A stretch of 50,395 nt of DNA from a virus. The notes under the pieces were generated by a model. The model saw only the letters and a program-made list of their open reading frames with translations, searched no databases and was not told where the DNA came from. A program made the position numbers and the translations under genes. Below, piece by piece: positions 17,976 to 25,309 of the stretch; position 1 is the first letter of the stretch; the number at the start of each line of letters is the position of its first letter. The stretch is from IMG/VR virus record IMGVR_UViG_3300029483_000012. One strand, 5' to 3'.

Positions 17976-19357
17976 ATTATACACGCAACAGTGAAAATAA
18001 CTATTGCGGAACGGGAAAATATTGGGTATCATAAGGGTGTAAAATGCGACAAAACAAGACAAGCGGAACGGAACCGGGAAACCGGAAACCGCCCGCAGGG
18101 ATGCACGGAAGGAGGTATTACAGTGCAGGCCAAGGAGCGCACATTTAAGCACCTGACAAAGAACGACAGGCTGAGAATGGAACGGTGGCTGAACAAAGGG
18201 ATGAAGCCGAGAGAGATTGCAGATAAGCTGCGCGTCCACATCTCCACCGTCTACCGGGAATTGAAGCGGGGAGAATATGAGCGGCTGGATGGGGACACCT
18301 GGGAGATGGTGACGGCGTACAGCCCGGACATCGCAGAGGAGCGGTATCAAAATCACTTACGGGAAAAAGGGCCAGACTTGAAGATTGGAGCAGATCACGA
18401 ATTGGCCCGATACATCGAGGAGACGATCATCGCCAACGATTGCAGCCCTGCCGCTGTACTGGGGTATGCAAAGATGGAGGGCCGGACATTCAAGACCTCT
18501 GTTTCCGTAGCAACCATTTACAGCTATATCAAAAAAGGGATATTCCTGCGTATCACACAGGTGGATTTGCCGCGGCGCGGGAAGAAAAAGCAGGGGTACA
18601 AAAAGGTAAAGACAAGGAAAGACCAGGCCAGGGCATCTGCCGGTGAGAGCATCGAACGCAGACCGGAGAGAGTAAAGAACCGGGAGGAGTTTGGGCACTG
18701 GGAAATGGATACGGTGTACAATAAAAAGGATAGTACCAGCAAGGCGCTTCTGGTACTGACCGAGAGAAAGACCCGGCGGGAGATCATCATACTGATACCG
18801 AACCGCAAAGCGGAGACCATTGTTAAAGCATTGGACGCACTGGAGCGGAAAATCGGAGCAGTGAATTTCAGGAAGATTTTTAGAACGATTACGGTTGATA
18901 ACGGCTCTGAGTTCTCGGCGGCGGAGGAGATGGAGCGCAGCGCTGTCAACAAGACCATCCCCCGGACAAAGGTTTATTTCTGCCACCCCTATTCATCGTG
19001 GGAGCGCGGGAGCAACGAAAACGCCAACATTATGATTAGGCGGAAACACCCCAAGGGAACCGACTTTGAAAAGGTGAGCGCAAGACAGATCGCCGAGACC
19101 GAACAATGGATAAACAACTACCCCCGGAAGATACTGGGGTATATAAGTAGCGAAGTGGCTTTCCGGGCCTGCTTGCGGGAGATAGGGCTATCGGCGTAGG
19201 CCGGATGGGACGCATGGGAGAAAGGGGGAAACTGGAGGGGGCATGAGGAACATAATAAGGAAAAGCGGAGGCTGCCGACCAAGGGAATTGACGGCGGCCA
19301 TATTGTCATGTTAAAATTAGACAAAATAAAAGGTGAAAATTTGTGCGCAATAAATGC
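17976..19357 (+). mobile_element. IS30-family element (boundaries approximate; inverted repeats not resolved by eye)
   Basis: The segment contains a complete IS30-type DDE transposase gene and looks more AT-rich than the flanks. It is bounded by the lysis terminator on one side and the early promoter on the other. Confidence 0.6.
18123..19199 (+). CDS. IS30-family DDE transposase
   Basis: 358 aa counted from GTG 18123 (GGAAGGAGG RBS). N-terminal HTH (REIADKLRVHISTVYRELKRG). DDE triad contexts GHWEMDTV, ITVDNGSEF and WERGSNENANIMIRR. Confidence 0.9.
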   Translation: MQAKERTFKHLTKNDRLRMERWLNKGMKPREIADKLRVHISTVYRELKRGEYERLDGDTWEMVTAYSPDIAEERYQNHLREKGPDLKIGADHELARYIEETIIANDCSPAAVLGYAKMEGRTFKTSVSVATIYSYIKKGIFLRITQVDLPRRGKKKQGYKKVKTRKDQARASAGESIERRPERVKNREEFGHWEMDTVYNKKDSTSKALLVLTERKTRREIIILIPNRKAETIVKALDALERKIGAVNFRKIFRTITVDNGSEFSAAEEMERSAVNKTIPRTKVYFCHPYSSWERGSNENANIMIRRKHPKGTDFEKVSARQIAETEQWINNYPRKILGYISSEVAFRACLREIGLSA

Positions 19358-19386
19358 TTGACTTTTTCAGGCTGAATAATTAGAAT
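19358..19386 (+). promoter_or_regulatory. Sigma-70-like promoter TTGACT-N17-TAGAAT (candidate early promoter)
   Basis: -35 at 19358-19363 and -10 at 19381-19386 with 17-nt spacing. It lies 79 nt upstream of the first plus-strand early gene. Confidence 0.6.
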
Positions 19387-19432
19387 AAATGCGAGAGAAC
19401 TCGACAAGAGTTTTCCCGCATTTATTTTTTTG
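19387..19432 (+). terminator. Rho-independent terminator abutting the -10 element
   Basis: aaatgcgagagaactc / gagttttcccgcattt stem (16 pairs, one mismatch, one G-T) with a GACA loop, followed by ATTTTTTT. Confidence 0.7.
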
Positions 19433-19464
19433 TCAAAAAGCCAGCAGAAAAGGAGGCGGGCAGG

Positions 19465-19704
19465 TTGAGTAAAAGGCATCTCATGCTGAAAGACCGCATG
19501 GAACTTGAAAGATTGTATGGAATAGGGTTCGGTGCGGCGGAGATCGCAACGAAGCTGAAAGTCCATCGCTCCACTGTGTACAACGAGTTGAAGCGCGGAG
19601 ACACCGGAGAGATGGACGAAAATGGGCGGTTTGGGTATAGCGCGGAGCTGGCGCAGCAGAGACTTCTTGAAAATTACCGCCAGAGAAGAACGGCGAGAGC
19701 CTGA
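19465..19704 (+). CDS. Stand-alone HTH protein paralogous to the N-terminal DNA-binding domain of the IS30 transposase
   Basis: 79 aa with a TTG start after AAAAGGAGG. It aligns by eye with transposase residues near the HTH: L..DR.ELER......AEIATKLKVHRSTVYNELKRG versus L..DRLRMERW....PREIADKLRVHISTVYRELKRG. Confidence 0.7.
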   Translation: MSKRHLMLKDRMELERLYGIGFGAAEIATKLKVHRSTVYNELKRGDTGEMDENGRFGYSAELAQQRLLENYRQRRTARA

Positions 19705-19724
19705 CCAGGGAGAGGGGTACATAT

Positions 19725-20090
19725 ATGAAAGCCGCATACTGCGAAATCAAACGGGGCCGGAACTGCGTGACGGTCAATTACTATTCTAAGGAGGGATACG
19801 GCCTGGAGCTGGGCTGCCGCAAGCTGGAGCGGGAGCACCGGGAGGCGTATGCGGCAAAGCGGCGCAGGCTGAACAGAATTAGGGAGAACATCGGGGCGGG
19901 CGTTGGTATGCTGGGATTTCTGCTGCTTCTCTGTGCGGGAGGAACTGAGGAAATTTCCGTGATTGTCATGACCGGGGCCGCCGGGCTGGCGTTGATGGTA
20001 CTGGGCGGATGGCTGGGCCATGCGTTCTACGGCCAGGAGGAAAATGCAGAGTGGCTGCGCCGGATGCGGGAACGGGGAGAAGTGGAATGA
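19725..20090 (+). CDS. Membrane protein, unknown function (two TM segments)
   Basis: 121 aa. TM segments GVGMLGFLLLLCAGG and VIVMTGAAGLALMVLGGWLG. Confidence 0.6.
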   Translation: MKAAYCEIKRGRNCVTVNYYSKEGYGLELGCRKLEREHREAYAAKRRRLNRIRENIGAGVGMLGFLLLLCAGGTEEISVIVMTGAAGLALMVLGGWLGHAFYGQEENAEWLRRMRERGEVE

Positions 20091-20365
20091 CCGAGGAACG
20101 AGAGGCCATCCACCGGCGGGCAATCGAAAGAGAGCGGGAAAACCGCTGGAACGCAAAAGGCCGGGCCTGTGTCACCCATCCTAAGTACGGTTCCGTGGTG
20201 GTGCCGCACAGCTCCAACCTCGCGGCCTTGATGAATGCGGCGGAATACTGGGGCTGCGACTGGTCGGAGATCACCGACGCGTCGGTCATGGTGGCAAAAC
20301 CAGGAGACGGCCCGGCAGTGAAACCGAAAGAGTTTTGCAACCTGGTTGCAAGTGATTTGAGATGA
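20087..20365 (+). CDS. Hypothetical protein
   Basis: 92 aa counted from ATG 20087, which forms an ATGA overlap with the previous stop. Confidence 0.55.
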   Translation: MTEEREAIHRRAIERERENRWNAKGRACVTHPKYGSVVVPHSSNLAALMNAAEYWGCDWSEITDASVMVAKPGDGPAVKPKEFCNLVASDLR

Positions 20366-20380
20366 TCGGAGGAACTGAAT

Positions 20381-21214
20381 ATGAAAGTGAGAATTAACGC
20401 CCATGGAAACGCCTTGCCGGAGGCTCACGGAGAATGGATTGACCTTTGCACAGCAGAGGACACCACATTGAGCTTTCTGGAGTACAAGATCATTTCCCTG
20501 GGCATTTCTATTGAAATTCCGGCGGGCTACTATGCCCATATCGTGCCGAGGTCGTCCACATTCGGGAAGTGGGGCATCCTGCTTGCCAACAGCATGGGTG
20601 TGATCGAGAACGATTACTGCGGCGACGGGGATGTGTGGGGCTTCCCGGCGGTGTGCCTGCGCAAGGACGGGACAACCATTCCGAAGGGGACACGCATTTG
20701 TCAGTTCCGGCTTGTGGAGAAAGCGCCGCCTGTTGAGTTTGTGCAGGTGGAGAGCCTGGGAAACGAAAACCGGGGCGGATACGGAAGCACCGGAGAGCGG
20801 GCGGGCATGACCGAGAGCAGACAGCCGCAGGAAATGCCGGGCCAGAGAATGAGCCGGGTCGAGCGGATGTTTGGGAGCCGTGATAGCTGGGCTACACCGG
20901 CGGCGGACGATGGACAGGGGCCGTATAAGGGGTTCTTGATGATCGAGTGCGAGGAGTGCGGAGCGGTCAAAGCGTTCTGCGCAAAGCGGGAGACCTACGG
21001 ATTTAAGTGTTCCTGTGGGCATGAAACCCCGCTGGAAAATTTGCGCCCGCTGTTCATGCACTGCAAATGCGGAAAGAGCTTCCGATACAAAACCAATGTC
21101 ACGGCACAGACCATCACCCACACCTGCCTGAATTGCAAGGCACCGGTGGACATGGAGCTGAACAGCAAAGGTAACGCGTATGTGACTGTTGGAGTGAGAA
21201 AGGGGCAAGCATGA
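20381..21214 (+). CDS. dut: Trimeric-type dUTPase fused to a C-terminal double zinc-ribbon extension
   Basis: dUTPase motifs IVPRSS, GVIENDYCGD, GTRICQF and NRGGYGSTG lie in the first about 145 aa. About 130 further aa carry CEECG...CSCG and CKCG...CLNC pairs. Confidence 0.85.
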   Translation: MKVRINAHGNALPEAHGEWIDLCTAEDTTLSFLEYKIISLGISIEIPAGYYAHIVPRSSTFGKWGILLANSMGVIENDYCGDGDVWGFPAVCLRKDGTTIPKGTRICQFRLVEKAPPVEFVQVESLGNENRGGYGSTGERAGMTESRQPQEMPGQRMSRVERMFGSRDSWATPAADDGQGPYKGFLMIECEECGAVKAFCAKRETYGFKCSCGHETPLENLRPLFMHCKCGKSFRYKTNVTAQTITHTCLNCKAPVDMELNSKGNAYVTVGVRKGQA

Positions 21215-21336
21215 AAAAGTTTTTTGAAATCTTGTCTGCTGCGTTGTTCTTAGCGGTGACGGTAACTTGGGCCGCAGCCCTTATTCTGGCCGGGCCTGCA
21301 CTGCTGAAACTCTGTATTCTGTACCTGTTTGGATAA
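21211..21336 (+). CDS. Small hydrophobic membrane peptide (41 aa)
   Basis: MKKFFEILSAALFLAVTVTWAAALILAGPALLKLCILYLFG. ATGA overlap with the dUTPase stop. Below the ORF-track size cutoff. Confidence 0.45.
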   Translation: MKKFFEILSAALFLAVTVTWAAALILAGPALLKLCILYLFG

Positions 21337-21348
21337 GGAGGGGCAGAC

Positions 21349-22011
21349 ATGAAGCTGTCAAAGTATGTGAAGCTGGTCAAGGGCGGCGGATATTGCATGG
21401 TCGCCCATGTGGAAGATAGCGGGATTTGGCTGGGAACCAGATCGGCAATCTTCCGAGCAACCGAGCTGCCGGACATGGTGGGAGAAGAACAGGTGCGCAC
21501 GGTTCTGGATATGCCGGAAAAGGCATGGGAGAAAGTTCATTTTGACGAGCGCTGGGAGGGCACAGTTAAAAGCATCTTCGGGATGAACCTTTCTGACTAT
21601 GCGGACGGCGAGCAGGACACCGAAAAACTGAAAGTGATGGCAGCGCCGGATGGGCTTTGGTGCGATTGCCGCCGGAGCATGGATGATGGTGAGCTGATCT
21701 TTTACCGCGAGGCGATGCTCTCTCCCCTGGCGGAGCAGATCAAGGAAAGCGACTACATCAGGTACACGGTCAGAAAAATGGAGGGCGGCCAGCGGTATTT
21801 GGTGGTGCATGACGGGTTCGAGGTGCTGGCGGCGATCATGCCGGTGCGGATTGTGACCGAAAAGTATCTGGCAGACCTGTCGGAGTTTCAGGCGCTATGC
21901 ACCGAGCAGTTTTACCGCGAGCAGGCGCGGGGAGAGTTTGCGGCCCAGGAGACCGAGGAGCCGGATGCGGAGCAGATCGGGATGGAGGATACACCGGAAA
22001 ATGAAAACTGA
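21349..22011 (+). CDS. Hypothetical protein
   Basis: 220 aa with an AAGGAGGGG RBS and an acidic C-terminus. Confidence 0.65.
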   Translation: MKLSKYVKLVKGGGYCMVAHVEDSGIWLGTRSAIFRATELPDMVGEEQVRTVLDMPEKAWEKVHFDERWEGTVKSIFGMNLSDYADGEQDTEKLKVMAAPDGLWCDCRRSMDDGELIFYREAMLSPLAEQIKESDYIRYTVRKMEGGQRYLVVHDGFEVLAAIMPVRIVTEKYLADLSEFQALCTEQFYREQARGEFAAQETEEPDAEQIGMEDTPENEN

Positions 22012-22207
22012 AACCGTGGAAGCTCGGGCGGTAAAGATTGCTGCGAAAATTATGCAGGCAGATGGACTTTGCCGTTACGATGATGTGGACAAGTGTCGCA
22101 GGGTATATGCGACTAAGGAAATCTGCGAGCAGTGCATCCATTCGTGGCTGCTGACCAAGGCGAAAGTGGAGCTAATCAGAGAGGGGGAAATGAAGCATGA
22201 ATGTTGA
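22001..22207 (+). CDS. Hypothetical small Cys-containing protein
   Basis: 68 aa counted from ATG 22001. Confidence 0.5.
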   Translation: MKTETVEARAVKIAAKIMQADGLCRYDDVDKCRRVYATKEICEQCIHSWLLTKAKVELIREGEMKHEC

Positions 22208-22451
22208 AAGAGCGCGAGAAATTCTCGACCCGGAACATCGGGAGAACTACGACGGCATGGAGGCCGTAAATGAGGCTTGCCGGATGGGGCGGGATGCGCT
22301 GGGGAAACTGGTGCCGCTGCGCCCCTATCCTGACGGAGATAAAAGTATCATGGCCTGCCCCCGATGCGGGAGCGGAGAATACCTGCACAATGAGGACGGG
22401 AATGAGCAGAACTTCTGCGGGCAGTGTGGGCAGGCTATCGAATGGAGATAA
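22197..22451 (+). CDS. Zinc-ribbon protein, unknown function
   Basis: 84 aa with a CPRCG...CGQCG pair. Confidence 0.55.
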   Translation: MNVERAREILDPEHRENYDGMEAVNEACRMGRDALGKLVPLRPYPDGDKSIMACPRCGSGEYLHNEDGNEQNFCGQCGQAIEWR

Positions 22452-22485
22452 GCCATAGCAAGTGTTAATGAGAGAGTGAGAAGCG

Positions 22486-23498
22486 ATGAACGAGGCAATT
22501 CATATCAGCAGCAGACAATTCCAGTATATCGCCCGTATCAGCCACGGAAAAGACAGCATGAAAATGCTGGATGTGATCGTGTTGCGTGGATTGCCTCTGG
22601 ACAGGATAACGACAACGGATATATGGGCAACTGACACTATCCGGGGCGAACACCCGAAGATGGTCGAGTTTAAGGATATGGCGGATGAATATATCTGGCG
22701 TAAATATCGCATCGAAGTTGAACACCTATGCGCTATGCGCAACGGGGAGAAGGTAACTTACGAAAAACTGTTTTACCATACACCGAAGCGCAAGATTGCG
22801 GGGGGGCACTGGTCAGCAGATAACTCCGAAAACGCGGGGGGGGGGGACAAGAAACAAGGAACAATCCTTGGTTTCCCAACCCTGTGGGGGCCGTGGTGCC
22901 AGTCAGACCTCAAACGAGTGGCAAGAAAACCGCATCCAGGGTTTTCCTGCACAAATCGGGAGCTGGTGCAAGAAACTCAAAATCGACTATATCCGGCTTC
23001 CCGGTCAGCGTTACCCGAAAAGGCCAGTGGTGCCAAAAACTCAAAACCAGATTTTCGGGAAGCCCCGCCACGAGGGGCGGTAAAAATATCGTGGAATACA
23101 TCGGTATTGCGGCAGATGAACCAAAGCGATTTGGGCAACTGAGCGAGCGCAAGCGTGCGCCGCTGGTGGAGTTTGGAATAGAGGAGGGGCTTTGCGGCCT
23201 GTACTGCCAGTACGAGGGTATCTTGGCACCGAGCTATGAAACAAGTTGCCGGGATGGGTGCTGGATGTGCCACAACCAAGGCGTTGACCAGCTCCGGCAA
23301 CTGCGGCGGGACTATCCAGAACTGTGGGCTTTGTTGCTGAAATGGGATGCGGATAGTCCAGTGAACTTTAAGCCAGATGGCCGGACAGTCCGTGACTATG
23401 ACGAGCGGTTTAGTCTGGAGGATGAAGGGTTTATCCATACGGACAAACGGTTTTTCTGGAGGATGCTGGACGAGCCGTTGCAAATGAGATTGTTTTAG
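22486..23498 (+). CDS. PAPS-reductase-family (PP-loop ATPase) protein, reading frame interrupted at a poly-G tract
   Basis: The N-terminal part carries the PP-loop SHGKDS (frame of 22486; this ORF ends at 23142). The C-terminal part (IVEYIGIAADEPKRF...CWMCHNQGVDQLRQLRRDYPELW) is in the frame of 22884-23498. One extra G in the G11 tract would fuse the two parts. Confidence 0.65.
22800..22806 (+). repeat. Homopolymeric G7 tract inside the PAPS-reductase-like gene
   Basis: Read directly from the sequence. Confidence 0.95.
22836..22846 (+). repeat. Homopolymeric G11 tract inside the PAPS-reductase-like gene (candidate slippage / phase-variation site)
   Basis: Read directly from the sequence. 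It lies just upstream of the point where the three frames diverge. Confidence 0.95.
22870..23045 (+). repeat. Three tandem diverged copies of the GFP-x(4-9)-WC-x2-LK module, each in a different reading frame
   Basis: GFPTLWGPWCQSDLK (22870-22914), GFPAQIGSWCKKLK (22940-22981) and GFPVSVTRKGQWCQKLK (22995-23045). The starts are spaced 70 and 55 nt apart, both 3n+1. Confidence 0.85.
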
Positions 23499-23516
23499 GA
23501 GAAACGAGGGAATTTG

Positions 23517-23744
23517 ATGGACTGCTATTACTGCAAAGCAAAGGAATACTGCATAGCTGCGGCACAGCCGGGGTCGATGATGTGCTTGGTGAACCGTATG
23601 AGGTATGGAGGCACACACGCGGACGATGCGCCGCCCCGTCAGGTCGGGGGCTTTTGCCAGTATTGCGGTCAGCCGCTGCGGGAGATCGGAAAAGAACGGT
23701 TCTGCAACAATGTGAATTGCCAGAACCGATTTATAAGCGTATGA
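23517..23744 (+). CDS. Small Cys-rich (zinc-finger-like) protein
   Basis: 75 aa counted from ATG 23517, with CYYC...C and CQYCG...CNNVNC motifs. Confidence 0.55.
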   Translation: MDCYYCKAKEYCIAAAQPGSMMCLVNRMRYGGTHADDAPPRQVGGFCQYCGQPLREIGKERFCNNVNCQNRFISV

Positions 23745-23756
23745 GGCGGAAAACAA

Positions 23757-25121
23757 ATGAAAATGAAATTGCTGATTGGAGGCAGCCCATGCACGCACTG
23801 GTCTATCGCTCAGACAAAGAACCGTGAGACAGAGGCCAGCGGCATCGGATGGGAACTGTTTCTTAACTACAAGATCGCCAGGGACAAATATCAGCCGGAC
23901 TATTTTTTATACGAGAATAACAAGTCTATGTCAGCAGCCATACGGGAGCAGATCACACAAGAACTGGGTGTGGAGCCTGTGCTTATCAACTCGGCGCTGG
24001 TATCTGCTCAGAACCGCCAGCGGCTTTACTGGGTCGGGAAGCGTGAGCCTGACGGGACATACAATCAAGTGCCGGTGGAACAGCCGGAGGACAGGGGCAT
24101 ACTCCTGCGGGACATCCTGGAGACTGGCGTAGTGTGGAGAGAAAAGGCGTACACGCTGAAAGCAAACTACCACAAAGCATCCACTGTAAACGCCGTGGAC
24201 GGAGGACGTTTTCCGGCACCGATGGCTGCGGAACCAGTAAACACGACTGCGGACGGGAAAGCCCAATGCCTACGGGCCACATATTATAAAGATGGCATCC
24301 GAAATATGGTAGGAAACATGGTTGACCGAAAAACCTGCGTGGCAGAGCCGGTGCGTATCGGGACTATCGAAAGCGCCGCCAAAAACGCAGACTTTGACAG
24401 TCAGCAGTACAGGGTGTATTCGCCAGACGGGAAAAGCGTTACACTGTGCGGCCAGGGCGGCGGTGTAGGCGCAAAAACTGGGTTGTACGCAGTGCCGATG
24501 CGCGTCTACGAGGCGACTGCACAGGGATATACAGATATTCAGCCGGGAGAGTGCGTAGACCTGACCATGCCGAAGTCCAAAACACGGCGCGGCAGGGCTA
24601 TGAGAGAAAAAAGCAACTGCCTGACGACCTCGTGCGAGTATTACGAATACTGCGGGACGCTGGATGCACCGGTATACAAGGTCGAGGATGGGTATATCAC
24701 AATCAATGAAAAGAAATATCCTATCAAACTGCGAGATGGATGCTATATCATCCGAAAATTGACCGTAACTGAGTGCAAACGGCTCCAGACGGTGCCGGAG
24801 TGGTACATATTCCCAGCGTCAGACACACAGGCGTACAAAATGTTGGGAAATGGGTGGACGGTAGATGTGATCGCACACATCATGAGCCATTTCGGCGGAC
24901 TGGGGGGGAGATCGGTCGAGGTTTTGTCCATGTACGACGGAATGAGCTGCGGCCACATCGCACTGGACAAGCTGGGCGTAAATGTGACGGCATATTATGC
25001 AACAGAAATCGACAAGTACGCCATCCAGGCCACTATGCACAACTACCCGGAAACAGTGCAACTTGGGGATGCGTTCCAGGTACGGGATGATGGGTGGAAA
25101 GTTGAAGGGATGGAAGCATGA
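23757..25121 (+). CDS. DNA (cytosine-5) methyltransferase with circularly permuted motif order (IV-X followed by I-III)
   Basis: The N-terminus starts at motif IV (LLIGGSPCTHWS). ENN (VI), QNRQRLYW (VIII), RLQTVPEWY and GNGWTV (IX-X) follow. Motif I VLSMYDGMSCG, motif II ATEID and motif III LGDA occupy the last about 75 aa. Confidence 0.8.
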   Translation: MKMKLLIGGSPCTHWSIAQTKNRETEASGIGWELFLNYKIARDKYQPDYFLYENNKSMSAAIREQITQELGVEPVLINSALVSAQNRQRLYWVGKREPDGTYNQVPVEQPEDRGILLRDILETGVVWREKAYTLKANYHKASTVNAVDGGRFPAPMAAEPVNTTADGKAQCLRATYYKDGIRNMVGNMVDRKTCVAEPVRIGTIESAAKNADFDSQQYRVYSPDGKSVTLCGQGGGVGAKTGLYAVPMRVYEATAQGYTDIQPGECVDLTMPKSKTRRGRAMREKSNCLTTSCEYYEYCGTLDAPVYKVEDGYITINEKKYPIKLRDGCYIIRKLTVTECKRLQTVPEWYIFPASDTQAYKMLGNGWTVDVIAHIMSHFGGLGGRSVEVLSMYDGMSCGHIALDKLGVNVTAYYATEIDKYAIQATMHNYPETVQLGDAFQVRDDGWKVEGMEA

Positions 25122-25309
25122 GCAAAAAGAATATGCGCCGTATCTCTATTCTGGTAACGGCGCAGACGGCAAAGAACCTGGAACGGCTGGCGTCCATGTG
25201 CGGATACCGAGAAATCGGGATGGTCGTGGACAAGCTGACCAGAGAAAAAATGATCTCCCTGCATACGGACGCTCTGATGCCGGGAGAAAGAAAGGGGAAA
25301 CAGATATGA
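25118..25309 (+). CDS. Ribbon-helix-helix (CopG/Arc-like) DNA-binding protein
   Basis: 63 aa. RRISILVTAQTAKNLERLASMCGY.EIGMVVDKL fits a strand-helix-helix pattern. Confidence 0.5.
   Translation: MSKKNMRRISILVTAQTAKNLERLASMCGYREIGMVVDKLTREKMISLHTDALMPGERKGKQI

Noticed and set aside
17991-18122. N-terminal extension of the transposase ORF from 17991
   Set aside because: No RBS is present. GTG 18123 is preceded by GGAAGGAGG and gives a typical IS30 transposase N-terminus.
16491-18356. 621-aa minus-strand ORF. Similar long antisense ORFs occur at 565-1683, 9773-11767, 40788-41960, 45856-47235, 47350-48531 and 48537-50384.
   Set aside because: They lie antisense to well-supported phage genes in a high-GC genome, where stop codons are rare. 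Their translations are low-complexity and Arg/Pro/Gly/His-rich, they lack RBSs, and they cross gene boundaries. They are shadow ORFs.
22796-23083. 95-aa ORF treated as an independent gene
   Set aside because: It is the middle-frame reading of the PAPS-reductase junction region and contains module copy 2. It is reported under the three-frame finding rather than as a separate gene.
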